From Candidatus Poribacteria bacterium (GTDB lineage: Bacteria > Poribacteria > WGA-4E > WGA-3G), in assembly GCA_963665235.2 (NCBI GenBank), contig CAXXLX010000001.1, positions 2,144,001-2,208,000 of the forward strand: a stretch of DNA of 64,000 nt, written 5' to 3'. Within the stretch, counting starts at the first letter, position 1. Each line of letters opens with the position of its first letter. Under the pieces are notes generated by a model that was given only the letters and a program-made list of their open reading frames with translations, did not search any database and was not told the origin of the DNA. Below are positions 31,095 to 41,977 of this stretch, piece by piece. The position numbers and the translations under genes are program-made.

Positions 31095-31579
31095 TACCAT
31101 TTCTAATTGAAAATGTCTCTTTATTGTCCCATAAACTTCCAGTTTGTGCTGTGCGTTATTGTAGCATAAACTTCCAGTTTGTGCCGTGCGTTATTGTAGC
31201 ACAGGACTTACGCAAATTTAGCAGGATGCTCGTAGGGGCGGGGTCCCCCCGCCCGCTAGGGCTCCCTCTAAATCCCATTAGCATAAGGATTTATCAACGC
31301 GCTGCGTAAGTCCTAGTAGCATAAACTTCCAGTTTTGCTGTGCGTTCTTGTGCGCTTCTTGTAGCATAAACTTCCAGTTTGTGCTGTGCGTTCTTGTAGC
31401 ATAAACTTCCAGTTTGTGCTGTGCGTTCTTGTAGCATAAACTTCCAGTTTGTGCTGTCGTTCTTGTAGCATAAACTTCCAGTTTGTGCTGTCTTGTAGCA
31501 TAAACTTCCAGTTTGTGTCCTCCGTTCTCCGTTTCATTTCTAACAACCGGTAATGATAGAATAATTAATAAAAATGGTA
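31095..31579. mobile_element. MITE-like element (TIR TACCATTT, TAA duplication) carrying 8 GTAG-type palindromic repeats
   Basis: TAA|TACCATTT...AAATGGTA|TAA; units TGTAGCATAAACTTCCAGTTTGTG at about 31125, 31160, 31195 (interrupted), 31360, 31395, 31430, 31464, 31494. Confidence 0.88.
31202..31315. mobile_element. 114-bp MITE (TIR AGGACTTACGCA, 6-bp TSD GTAGCA) with an internal GTAG REP-like hairpin
   Basis: GTAGCA 31196-31201 and 31316-31321; removal restores an intact repeat unit; internal GTAGGGGCGGGGTCCCCCCGCCC. Confidence 0.88.
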
Positions 31580-31673
31580 TAACATCAAATTGCCCTTATA
31601 GAATATCATAAAAATATCTTGATTTTTTTCAAACGCGCGTCTATAATGATAGTAGTCAAAAAGGAGGAAACAC

Positions 31674-32439
31674 ATGAGCTGGGGATTAACAACAACTGTA
31701 TCCGATGAACAGGTCAAATTTTACAGAGAAAATGGATATCTCAGCTATGGCCGCATCTTTACGGAACCCGAGCTGGATACACTTCGAGACTACGTGGACG
31801 CAATGATTGAAAATTTGCCGGAGGGCAAACGTCCAGAACAGATGGACGTACCGCATTTTGAGCATCCGTTCCTATTCAAATATCTCACACATCCACGCGT
31901 GTTGAAAGTGATTGAGCGGTTTATCGGGCCGGATATCGTCCTGTGGTCAAGCCATTTCATTAGCAAACGCGAGAACGACGGTATGGCGGTCCCGTGGCAT
32001 CAGGACGGTGTCTATTGGGGCAAAATGCTGGAGCCGATGCACGTCATAACAATGTGGTTGGCGGTTGATGAATCAAAGGTTGAAAACGGCTGCATGCGTG
32101 TCATTCCCGGAAGCCACACCCTACGCGACCGCCGCTATGAAGCAGTAAATCGTGAGAATCAGCTCTTCGGCAGCGAGGTTGTGGCAGGCTGATCGCGATA
32201 TATCAAAGGCGGTTGACTTGGAACTCGCGGTGGGGGAATGCCACTTCCACGATGCTTGGACGCTCCACAATTCCAGTCCGAACGTCTCACAAAAACGGCG
32301 ATGCGGTTACACAATGCGCTACATGCCAGCAAATGTGCGTTATCCTGGTGCGGAATGGAGACCTACACACAAAATCTATCTGGTCCAAGGTGAGGACAGG
32401 ACAGATGGCTTTAATACCTACGCGGCTGTTCCGGAATAG
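31674..32439 (+). pseudogene. Phytanoyl-CoA dioxygenase family gene split by a frameshift near 32188
   Basis: N-half has WHQD and ENGCMRVIPGSH; other frame continues with GECHFHDAWTLHNS and RRCGYTMRY. Confidence 0.8.
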
Positions 32440-32460
32440 CAATCAGCCAAAGGAGAATTT

Positions 32461-33321
32461 ATGAACCCCTATTTTGATGTACATTGTCATATCGGCATGA
32501 CGGTATCGCGTGCCCCGGTTGTTGGGCAGAACGTTGGCAGGTGTCTTGCACGGATGGCTTCTGCAAACGTTATCGGTGCAATTCCGTGTCCGACAGCAGG
32601 TGGCCCACAAGCACGCGGTGTCCTAGACACCCGCACACAGAACGAGACAATCGCCGCTGCATGCAGACTATACCCGGAACGTTTCCCCATCGGACTCGGT
32701 ATTGTGGAGGTGCGACACGAACAGGCGGGGGTAGACGAGCTCAATAGGGCAATGATGGCGGATGGTTTAGTCGGATTTGTCTGCCACCCGGCCCTCTCTG
32801 GCCATTCCCTCGGCGGCGAGTTGCACGCGTTTCTTGAAGTGGTGGCGATGCATAACGGGTTGTGTCTATTGCATCAGGCGGGCTCCACCCGAAACATCGC
32901 AGCGTACGCGCAACGGTTTCCAACGGTAACGTTCATCATCGGGCATGTCTCTATGAACAAAGCGGGGCATCTGGATGCCATTGCCCAGTGTGGCCCGCGT
33001 GAGAATGTATGGTTCGATGTGGCACAGAAGCCGGAGGGTGCAGATGACAGCTGGGATTTGGTGCATCTCGTGAATAACCTCGGCACTGAGCGGATTATGT
33101 TCGGCAGCGACCTACCGTATTACGATTTTCGCCTAGTGCAGGCACAGATTGAAACGGCACAGCTTGACGATGAAACGAAGGAACGGATTGCTTATCGGAA
33201 CGCGGTGCGGTTGGTTCAAAAATTCCGAGCTGACTGGACACCAACGCTCACCGCAATAACGCCGCCACAGGTCTATTCGGAGACAGAGATGTGGGATGCA
33301 AACGGGGCAAGGTTAAAATAG
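32461..33321 (+). CDS. Amidohydrolase family protein
   Basis: DVHCH, IIGH, MFGSDLP. Confidence 0.88.
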   Translation: MNPYFDVHCHIGMTVSRAPVVGQNVGRCLARMASANVIGAIPCPTAGGPQARGVLDTRTQNETIAAACRLYPERFPIGLGIVEVRHEQAGVDELNRAMMADGLVGFVCHPALSGHSLGGELHAFLEVVAMHNGLCLLHQAGSTRNIAAYAQRFPTVTFIIGHVSMNKAGHLDAIAQCGPRENVWFDVAQKPEGADDSWDLVHLVNNLGTERIMFGSDLPYYDFRLVQAQIETAQLDDETKERIAYRNAVRLVQKFRADWTPTLTAITPPQVYSETEMWDANGARLK

Positions 33322-33322
33322 A

Positions 33323-34186
33323 TTATTTTACAATTTCAACCGCCCGGATCCGACGGCGAAGCACAAAGAGACAGAGCGCAATAAGGATGGCTAACGTGAG
33401 AAACGACCAAAACCAATGCACCGCATAACCGGAATCATTGTCAAACAGTGAAGCCCCCAGCCGGTCGTAGTTCGCCCAAATTGACACTAAAGCCACTCTG
33501 CTAGTTCGGGTAATCTCTTTAAGGATGACATAGATGACAGGCGTACCAAACCAGACTGCACAGAAACCGATTGTGGCGTAACGAGGATTTTTGGTCAGCG
33601 ATGAGAAAAGCAACATCAACAAGCTACAAGATACGGCGATAATTACCGAATAGACGATGATAGATAGGGGCAGCCAATAGTACTCTTCAAGAAAGGATAT
33701 ATCCGATAAGAGAAGCTGCTCCAGAAATAACAACAGCCCAGGAATCAACGTCAGACAGCCGATTAAAATAGCAATCGCAGCAAATTTTCCGATAAGATAA
33801 TCTATCCACGAAATGGGTTTGGAGAGGTAGAGCGAAAGCGCGTTATGCTTCAGATCATTGGAGATTAATCCCGACCCTCCAAAAATAAGGACTAACGCAA
33901 TTAAAAATCCTGATGGAAACGGCGTAATCCTGAATAAAAATCCCCGGAAAAAACCGCTATCAACCTTTATGGGTAAGGGTATCTCTTCCGGAAGATAATT
34001 TAAAATGTAGATAAGGATGCCGTAATATAGGATGTAAATTACCGGGGGAATTGCGACGATTAATCGGACAATTTTGCGTTGGGCGAGTAGTTTCAGTTCC
34101 GCCTTCGCGATAATCCACCACCGTGTATAGTTATGAGGTTTTAGTGTGCCATCCCAATGGCGATAGTCTTGTGTATGAATAGGCAT
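33323..34186 (-). CDS. ABC-2 type transporter permease
   Basis: GSGLISND...LYLSKPISWIDYLIGK; about 6 TMs. Confidence 0.85.
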   Translation of the reverse strand: MPIHTQDYRHWDGTLKPHNYTRWWIIAKAELKLLAQRKIVRLIVAIPPVIYILYYGILIYILNYLPEEIPLPIKVDSGFFRGFLFRITPFPSGFLIALVLIFGGSGLISNDLKHNALSLYLSKPISWIDYLIGKFAAIAILIGCLTLIPGLLLFLEQLLLSDISFLEEYYWLPLSIIVYSVIIAVSCSLLMLLFSSLTKNPRYATIGFCAVWFGTPVIYVILKEITRTSRVALVSIWANYDRLGASLFDNDSGYAVHWFWSFLTLAILIALCLFVLRRRIRAVEIVK

Positions 34187-34191
34187 AACAA

Positions 34192-34698
34192 TTAGTTCTT
34201 ATAGATAGCTGTTCTTTCCGCTGTATCGGTAAAGGGGCCCTGTTTGTCTGTTTGGATTTCAATAGTGACGACTCCTAAGGGGGTGTCCCGCTCGGGATCC
34301 TCGTCAATAAAGGCTCGCGGTATCTCAGCAGTGAGCATTCTATTAAGGTTATTCGGCTCACTTGCCCATTTGAGATGAAGAAGTCGGTCGTCGTAAACTT
34401 TCCGATTTTTGACCCCGTTACGGATGGAGTAGACCTCGGCGTTGGTGGTAAAGTCCGCCTCAGAGATAGTGCTTACGCCGACCCCTGGACTGAGCACGCT
34501 TTGGTTCCATATAAGCGGCTGGCCGTTTCTGTCAAGCAGATAAATGCTAATCAGTAATCGATCGACTCGTGGTTCGGATATAATCCGAATTCCCTCAAAG
34601 TTTTGGATTTCCCCGCTTCCGCATGAAAAGAATGTAAGTACGCAGAGGCAACCGAGGAGGATAACCCGTAATTGGAAGTTAAAACGAAACACCTTCAA
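34192..34698 (-). CDS. Hypothetical lipoprotein
   Basis: FFSC lipobox-like; RBS AAGGAG. Confidence 0.65.
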   Translation of the reverse strand: MKVFRFNFQLRVILLGCLCVLTFFSCGSGEIQNFEGIRIISEPRVDRLLISIYLLDRNGQPLIWNQSVLSPGVGVSTISEADFTTNAEVYSIRNGVKNRKVYDDRLLHLKWASEPNNLNRMLTAEIPRAFIDEDPERDTPLGVVTIEIQTDKQGPFTDTAERTAIYKN

Positions 34699-34818
34699 CC
34701 AACGCTCCTTTTTCCAGTGTTAGGATCAGCGCTCCTATACCTAATGGCGTGCTGTCGTATCATATTATACCCTTTTTAGCGGATGGATGTCAAATTAAAT
34801 TTGGAGTGGGGGGTAAAG

Positions 34819-34927
34819 GATTTCGCGTCTGTTGTCAGAATGCACGTCGCATTTGGGCGAGTACGCCGCAAATCGCGGATTACACAGAGGACACGGAGAA
34901 CACGGAAAAAGAGGTTTTTGCTAACAT
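34819..34927. repeat. Dispersed repeat (copy B), empty TAA site, with a 29-nt insert flanked by AAT
   Basis: Matches 31020-31094 and continues GCTAACATC; insert 34842-34870. Confidence 0.8.
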
Positions 34928-34952
34928 CTACGCATTTTGTGATTGAGGCGGC

Positions 34953-35771
34953 TTATTCTATAATGCCGTCCATGCGGACACGCACCCACTCGCGCTGTTC
35001 TGGATGTGTGAAGATATAGAAGGCACCGGTCTGGATAGCTTGGTAGACATACTCCGCCACTTCCGCAGGAGATATGCCCGCCTCCATCTCAACCCGCACC
35101 CTTTGCAAATGGTCTGCAGCATGCCTCTGGGGACGAATCTCTACTTCGGAATTCGGCAATACGTCCGGACGGTTTCGGGCGGACTCCAAGATGCCGGTTC
35201 GCACCCACCCCGGACACAAGACATGCACCTGAATCGGCGCGTCTTTTTGTGCCAATTCATCGGCGAGGGTTTCCGAAAGCACAACGACACCGTGTTTGCT
35301 CACCTTATAGATGCCCTGCCCCGGACCACGCACTAAGCCGAGAATAGAGGCGGTATTCACAATGTGACACTTCGTCTCCTGTTTTTGTTGTGAAAGCATG
35401 CGGGGAACAAATGCACGTATACCGTGAATTACACCCCACAAGTTAACACCTAACACCCACTCCCAATCGGCAACGGTATGTTCCCAGATGGGACGGCTGC
35501 AAACGACACCGGCATTGTTGCAGAGAATATGCACCGCGCCAAAGGTCTCCACGGTCTGTGCGGCAAGGTTTTCAACGTCGACAGCGTTTGAGACATCTGT
35601 TCGGACAGCAAGGACAGTTGCACCTGTGGCGCGTAGGTCAGCCTCAAGTTTGGCTAACGGCTCCGTTTCAATATCTGCAAGGACGACCGCCATCCCTTCC
35701 GCAGCGAATCGTTCCGCCATCCCGCGACCGATACCACTCGCAGCACCGGTAATCACAGCAACACTCTTCAT
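34953..35771 (-). CDS. SDR family oxidoreductase
   Basis: ITGAASGIG, NNAGV, YKVSK. Confidence 0.93.
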   Translation of the reverse strand: MKSVAVITGAASGIGRGMAERFAAEGMAVVLADIETEPLAKLEADLRATGATVLAVRTDVSNAVDVENLAAQTVETFGAVHILCNNAGVVCSRPIWEHTVADWEWVLGVNLWGVIHGIRAFVPRMLSQQKQETKCHIVNTASILGLVRGPGQGIYKVSKHGVVVLSETLADELAQKDAPIQVHVLCPGWVRTGILESARNRPDVLPNSEVEIRPQRHAADHLQRVRVEMEAGISPAEVAEYVYQAIQTGAFYIFTHPEQREWVRVRMDGIIE

Positions 35772-35775
35772 TCAA

Positions 35776-38198
35776 TTACCTCGATGAAATATCCCACAGT
35801 ATGACTGTCCCATCATAATGCTCCGTTACGATTTTACGACTGTCCGGGGAAAATCTAATACCGTCATCGTGGAGATTCGTAAGCCATGGGAATGTTTTTA
35901 TAAGCTTACCCGTATATGGATCCCATAGGCGCACATGCCCCTTATAAGACCGTGGGTATGTCATTAACATTTTACCGTCTGGTGAATAGCGGACAGTTCC
36001 TATACGGCTCGATCTCCCTACGTGTTTATCTTTGAGATGAATTAGTTTTCCTATCGGTTTTTCTGTGTGGACATTCCACAACCGTATCTTATCGTATTCT
36101 ATAACAAGCGAAAATGTATCTTGCGTTGGAGAAAATATCTTCCAATTGATGTGATCCGGCCAATTGATGCGATTAGATTGGAACCACCCAGAGAACATCT
36201 CTCGTAAAGGCTTAAAGATTCCTTCATTATGTTTGGGAAACGTTTTAAGACGCGCTCCTGTGGTAACATTCCAAAGTGATGCCGTTTTGTCCCACCTAGA
36301 ACCAGTAATGGCATGTATGTCTCCATCGGGTGAACGCACCAAATCGGTGTCTGAACCGCTAGGCATTTTGAGCGTTTTGATGTTTTTTCCCGTGTTTGTA
36401 TCCCACAATCGAACCGACGTATCTTTGCCATGCGTTGCAAGGGTTTTGCTATCCAACCCATACATGAAGTTATACACTGTGTCCGTATGTCCTATAAGTG
36501 TCTTTATGTTTTCTCCGGTAGTTGTATCCCATAGCCGGACAGAATTGTCGCTGTAATTCGTTGCAAGCACTTTTCCGTCCGGTGAATACGCAAACCTCTG
36601 ATACATGTCTGTAGCCTCGAGCGTCAAAATGTTGGCTCCCGTGGCCACATCCCACAGATGCAAAGTACCGCCCTTACTAGATTTTACGAACGTTCGTGTT
36701 ACTATCGTTTTGCCATCTGGAGAAAAAACTGGCCCATAAAGATTGCTCTCATGCTCTGCAAGTGTATTTAGGTGTTTCCCTGTATTCACATCCCATAAGC
36801 GCACGGTTTTGTCCTTACTAAACGTCGCGATCATTTTGCCATCTGGTGAATAAACAGGGGTATAAACAGTATCCGTATGTCCACTAAGCATAAGCATTTT
36901 TATATTTTTATGAGTGTTTGCATCCCATATTCCCACTGTCCCTCCTGTAGTTTCGGTTGCGAATGTCCTACTCTCAGGTGAAAGGATGATACGGTCAATA
37001 TTATACCTGTGTCCTTTGAGTGTATTAAGATATTTACCCGTAGCTGCCTCCCGTAGCTGCACCTGATTTCCCATCAGAATTGTGAGCACTTTCCTATCTG
37101 GAAAGTACGTTACGGAATGCGGCCTATGTGCTATAAACGTTTTCAGGTTTTCACCGGTGTGTGCATCCCACCACTGCATTGCGCCATCTGTCCCAGTAGT
37201 TGCGATTGTTTTTCCATCCGGTGAATATGCAGTGTGTGTAATGGCACCCGCATGTCCCCGCGCGAAATAGAGGGGACCTGTGTATGTTTCATAAGTCTTT
37301 AGAGTGCGCCGGTATGTGCGTTCCACCGATGTAACATGCCATCCCAACCACCTGATACGATAGTATTCCCATCCGGTGAATAGGCAACTGTAGTGATAAT
37401 ATCCTCATGTCCAGTGAGCGTTTTTATGTTTTCACCTGTGTTTATATCCCACAACCGAACCGTCTTGTCTCTGCTTGCACTTACAATAGTCCCACCATCC
37501 GGTGAATAGGCAACCTCAAGTCCCGCTTCTGTATGTCCAGTAAGTGTTCGTATGTTTTCTCCGGTGTGTGCATCCCACAATCGTACTGTTTTGTCCCCGC
37601 CGCCACTCACGATTGTTTTGCCATCGGGAGAATACGCAAATGAGGCGATAGGCATGTCAGGATGTCCTTCGTAGAAGGTGTCTGGCTTTTCATGTCCGGC
37701 GAGTGTTTTAAAGTGTTTTCCTGTGTGAGGATTCCACAGTTCTATCGTACTTTCTTCACCTCTTGTTGCGATTGTTTTGCCATCCGGAGAATATTTGATA
37801 TAACCGATATATTCCTGCTCCTTCAGTGTGAACGTTTTGATATTTTTTCCTGTGTGTGCGTTCCATATTTGCACTGTGTCCTCTTCTCCGCCACTCACGA
37901 TTGTTTTTCCATCCGGAGAATATGCAGCACAAATGACGGAATTCGGACGCTTTCCTGTTATCAAATTAAGTGTTTCTCCAGTACGTGCATCATAAATCCA
38001 GATGCCGATGCGTGTACTGACAGCCATCTGAGTTCCATCCGGAGAATATGCTATCCCCCGAATATATCCCTTACCGAAACGGACTATAGCCCCTTCAGGT
38101 AAACCCATTTGCGTGTGAGGTTCGAACTGCGCGAAAGCGGTTGATAGACACAAGGTCATAACAAGAGCTAACGTTTGCCGCAAAGCTGACTTTTTCAT
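35776..38198 (-). pseudogene. WD40-repeat protein split by a frameshift near 37300
   Basis: ...WNAHTGAL* continues in another frame as LKTYETY...; paralog of the upstream WD40 gene. Confidence 0.8.
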
Positions 38199-38242
38199 GG
38201 ATGAATCTCCTTTGTAGACATTTTGTGTTAACTGCCATGTGC

Positions 38243-40486
38243 TTACTTACGGGAGGGAAGGTCCCACAGTATGACTGTGCCATCTTTATGTGCTGTTGCA
38301 ATTGTATTGCTATCGGGAGAATATGCAACTGAATTTTCGTATTCACAATTTGAATGCCCTCGGAGCGTTTTTAGTAGTTTACGCGTGGCAACATCCCACA
38401 ATCGTATCGTCCCACCGAGAAAATTCTCACCAACTGGAATGGTCGCTACTGTTTTACCGTCCGGTGAATACGTGACTACGGTGTAACCCCCTTCATCTTT
38501 GAGATGTTTTATCGGTTTTCCTATCTGTTTCCCTGTTGCGATATTATACAGTCGCACTGGATTGTTACCAGCAGTCACGAATGTATCCGCAGTTGGTGAA
38601 AATATGATTGTATAGTTCCAAGGGGCTACCTTATTAAAATTCAGCCATCCAAAGAGGGTATGCCCTAAAGCACTAAAAAGTCCATCCTCCTGTTTTTCAA
38701 ACGTTTTTGTACGTTGCCCTGTGGTAAGGTCCCACAGCAACGCTCTTTGAGATTCATAAGTCGTAATTGCATACGGTTTATCTTGTAAATGCACAATGGC
38801 AGTGGCAAAAGCCTTTGGTGTGTTAAGCGTCTTTATGTTTTTACCTGTGGTTGTATCCCACAACTGTACCGCTTTTTTCGTATAGGTTGCGATTGTTTTG
38901 CCGTCCGGCGAAAACACAATGTACCAGGCATGCCCCGGAAGTGTCCTTATGTTTTTACCTGTGTTTGTATCTCGCAGTTGCACTGACTTGCCGCTCCAAT
39001 TAGTTGCGAATATCTGTCCATCTGGGGAATATGCGAAACGGCTGCCAACACCGAGCCTGCGTTCAAATGTCTTTATGTTTTTTCCGTTATGTGTGTTCCA
39101 TAAACGTACCTCATTGTCCGTACTGTGAGTTGCAAGTGTTTTGCCATTCGGGGAATAGTCAAGCATGTCAATGCCTTCTTCATGTGCAACGAGGACTATT
39201 AGGTTTTTTCCTGTGTGTGTATCCCACAACCGTGCTGTTCCATCAATGCTCCCGGTTGCCAATGTCCCTCCATCGGGAGAAAACGCTATGCTAGAAATAA
39301 AGCTTTCATGTCCTTTAAGTGTTTTCAGATGTTTTCCGGTGTTAGCATTCCAGAGGCTCACCCCATGTCCTTCATCAGTAATTGCAATTGTTTTGCCATC
39401 GGGTGCGTATTCTATAGGCCCCTGATTACTGATATAACCCGTGAATGTTTTTGTGTGTTCTCCTGTCCCTACACTCCACCACTGCATTGTACCGTCCGAG
39501 TATCCAATAGCGATTGTTTTGCTATCCGCAGAAAATGCAATACATTTGGGACTTACTGTCCTCTTTATCAAGCTTTTTATCGGTTGTTCTGCGTGTGTGT
39601 CCCACAACTGCACTACACCTTCACTTCCAATTGCGACCATTTTACCATCCGGGGAATACGCAATACAATCGACAGTATTCAGTGTAGTCAGAGGTCTTAA
39701 CGGTTGTTCCGCGTCCATATTGAGGATGTACACTGTTTCTGGTTCACTACTAATTATTTCTGTGACGGTATCGTCATCTGGGGAATACATAATGCGCTCT
39801 AGGCAGCTCGTTATCAAGAGGGTGTCGCCTCCCGGGGAATACGTAATCGGATAACTATATCCAGTAAGTGTTTTGAGCGGTCGTCCCGTGAGTACATCCC
39901 AAAACCGCACTGTGCCGTCACGACTAGTACTTACGAGGGTGTCACTGTCTGGAGAATACTTAACCGAATTGATAACGTAATTATGTCCTTCGAGTGTTTT
40001 TATATTTTGACCCGTGCGGGCACTCCAAAGCCGCACCGTCCTATCCGCACTGCCCGTTGCGATTGTTTTGCCATCCAGTGAATACGCTATTGAGCTGATA
40101 CCCTCAGTGTGCCCTTTGAGTGTTTTTATATTTTTCCTTGTTTGGATATCCCACAACCGCACCGTTTTATCCCGGCTTATAGTAGCAATTGTCTCACCAT
40201 CGGGTGAATACGCAGCAGCATAGACTCTATCTGTGTGTCCTCCTGTTATCAGGTCTAGTTCTTCCCCTGTTCGTGCATCGTGTAACCAAACGCCGATGGA
40301 GGTTGTGACAGCAAGTTGGGTGCCATCTGGCGAATACATTATCTCCTGTATATCCCCCTTCCCGAAACGTGCTATAGCCCCTTCGGGTAACCCCGTTTGC
40401 GTATGCGGTTCGAACTGCGCGAAAGCGGTTGATAGACACAAAGTCATGGAGAAAAAGAGCATTTGCATCAAACACAATTTCTTCAT
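38243..40486 (-). CDS. Secreted WD40-repeat protein
   Basis: Start MKKLCL after GAGG; FEPHTQTGLPEGAIARFGKG; many WD repeats. Confidence 0.9.
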   Translation of the reverse strand: MKKLCLMQMLFFSMTLCLSTAFAQFEPHTQTGLPEGAIARFGKGDIQEIMYSPDGTQLAVTTSIGVWLHDARTGEELDLITGGHTDRVYAAAYSPDGETIATISRDKTVRLWDIQTRKNIKTLKGHTEGISSIAYSLDGKTIATGSADRTVRLWSARTGQNIKTLEGHNYVINSVKYSPDSDTLVSTSRDGTVRFWDVLTGRPLKTLTGYSYPITYSPGGDTLLITSCLERIMYSPDDDTVTEIISSEPETVYILNMDAEQPLRPLTTLNTVDCIAYSPDGKMVAIGSEGVVQLWDTHAEQPIKSLIKRTVSPKCIAFSADSKTIAIGYSDGTMQWWSVGTGEHTKTFTGYISNQGPIEYAPDGKTIAITDEGHGVSLWNANTGKHLKTLKGHESFISSIAFSPDGGTLATGSIDGTARLWDTHTGKNLIVLVAHEEGIDMLDYSPNGKTLATHSTDNEVRLWNTHNGKNIKTFERRLGVGSRFAYSPDGQIFATNWSGKSVQLRDTNTGKNIRTLPGHAWYIVFSPDGKTIATYTKKAVQLWDTTTGKNIKTLNTPKAFATAIVHLQDKPYAITTYESQRALLWDLTTGQRTKTFEKQEDGLFSALGHTLFGWLNFNKVAPWNYTIIFSPTADTFVTAGNNPVRLYNIATGKQIGKPIKHLKDEGGYTVVTYSPDGKTVATIPVGENFLGGTIRLWDVATRKLLKTLRGHSNCEYENSVAYSPDSNTIATAHKDGTVILWDLPSRK

Positions 40487-40502
40487 GATTTCAACCTCTG
40501 TC

Positions 40503-41963
40503 CTATAAATACGGGTAAGTCGCATCCGGTTCATAGTCCGGCAGCAAAGCGTAATGCGGTTGTCCGACTATAAGTTTTTCGCCATCAGTAAACCCTTCAG
40601 GACGGTCGAGCAGAAATTCGATGAGGCGATTTCGCCACGGTTCTAAAACCGTTTCAGCATCGCTTTGACGTGCCAAATCGCGTGTTTCATGCGGGTCTTC
40701 TTGCAGATTGAAGAGATGTTCTCGTCCAGTTTGGGAATACCAGATGTACTTGTAGTGCCCATCGGTCAGATAATGGTTACCGTGTTTATATTCATAACAC
40801 CCGGCGTGCTCACCGTGCAGACACTCTCGCACGCGGTCGGCATCGCCTTGCATGATAGGCAATAGACTTTTACCGGTACAGGTGCTGGGAATTTCGATAT
40901 TTGCCGCGTCAAGAATAGTGGGCATGATGTCCTGTAGTCCGACAGGACTATGGCAAACGGTTTCCTTCGGATACCGCCATTTCGTGGGTGCACGCATGAG
41001 GAAAGGCACTCGGGCAGAGGCTTCGTAAGGAAAAGTTTTCCGGAACATATTGTGGTCGCCCAGCATTTCACCGTGGTCAGAGGTGAAAATAACGAGGCAG
41101 TCGTTCAATCCGCCAGCGGATTGAAGGAGACGGCCGAGCTGATCATCGATGAAATTAATCATTCCGTAATAGGCGGCCCGGGCGCAGTGCATATCGTGGC
41201 TATCGAGACAGATCTCCCAAGCGTTTGGGTTCAACCCCTTCTGTGCATCTTCAAATTCGGGTGCCCAATCACCGACCACAGGGGGTGGAAGCTTCCGGTT
41301 GACGTACCGTTGATAATAGTGCGCTGGAGGTGTCAACGGGGGATGTGGGTCTATAAAGGAGATGTTGAGGAAAAACGGAACGGATGGGTCACGTTTTCGT
41401 AGGAATTTGAGAGCGCGGTCGACACACCAGAAGGTGTGCATCTGCTCTTCGGGCAGGTGATGGGGTCGTCCAACCCAGCCGTTAGCAGAGACACCGTGTG
41501 CCATACCGGGCTCATAATCGTTGCGCCGGTGATATTGCTGCAACCATTCGACATAGTCGTTGTTAGCAGTGCCATGCGTAGCATCAGACAACTGAAGATG
41601 ATCGAAACCGTATCGCTTACGGGGTGGGCTCAGATGTAATTTGCCAATCATCTCGGTTTGATACCCGGCTGCGGACAATTCGCCAGCGAGAGTATGCGGT
41701 GGGTTCCACGGTGCGCCTCTATATCCAACGGCTCCGTTAGCAGCGGGTGCGGTGCCGGTCATAATGCCGCGCCGAGCGGGAATACAACTTGGGCATTCAG
41801 CGTACCCACGGCGGAAGTGTGTCCCGCTTCGACCGAGCCAGTCTAAATTCGGTGTCTGTAGACAGTTGGGACCGTCGGGTTCAATCCCCAAACAGTCCCC
41901 ACGTTGTTGGTCGGTAGTGATTAGCAGAATATTAGGACGTTCATCAGACATTTCGAACTCCAA
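40503..41963 (-). CDS. Sulfatase (formylglycine-dependent)
   Basis: PNILLITTDQQR, CIPAR, GKLH, SDHG. Confidence 0.93.
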   Translation of the reverse strand: MEFEMSDERPNILLITTDQQRGDCLGIEPDGPNCLQTPNLDWLGRSGTHFRRGYAECPSCIPARRGIMTGTAPAANGAVGYRGAPWNPPHTLAGELSAAGYQTEMIGKLHLSPPRKRYGFDHLQLSDATHGTANNDYVEWLQQYHRRNDYEPGMAHGVSANGWVGRPHHLPEEQMHTFWCVDRALKFLRKRDPSVPFFLNISFIDPHPPLTPPAHYYQRYVNRKLPPPVVGDWAPEFEDAQKGLNPNAWEICLDSHDMHCARAAYYGMINFIDDQLGRLLQSAGGLNDCLVIFTSDHGEMLGDHNMFRKTFPYEASARVPFLMRAPTKWRYPKETVCHSPVGLQDIMPTILDAANIEIPSTCTGKSLLPIMQGDADRVRECLHGEHAGCYEYKHGNHYLTDGHYKYIWYSQTGREHLFNLQEDPHETRDLARQSDAETVLEPWRNRLIEFLLDRPEGFTDGEKLIVGQPHYALLPDYEPDATYPYL

Positions 41964-41977
41964 TCCAAATGGGTTAA

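Noticed and set aside
31125-31520. CRISPR array
   Set aside because: Linkers are only about 6-20 nt and near-identical rather than unique spacers; no cas genes; the array lies inside a TIR-bounded element
32190-32192. Selenocysteine TGA read-through in the PhyH gene
   Set aside because: The conserved C-terminal half is in a different frame, so this is a frameshift
35776-40486. DGR template/variable repeat pair among WD40 genes
   Set aside because: No reverse transcriptase and no adenine-specific mismatch pattern; ordinary paralogy
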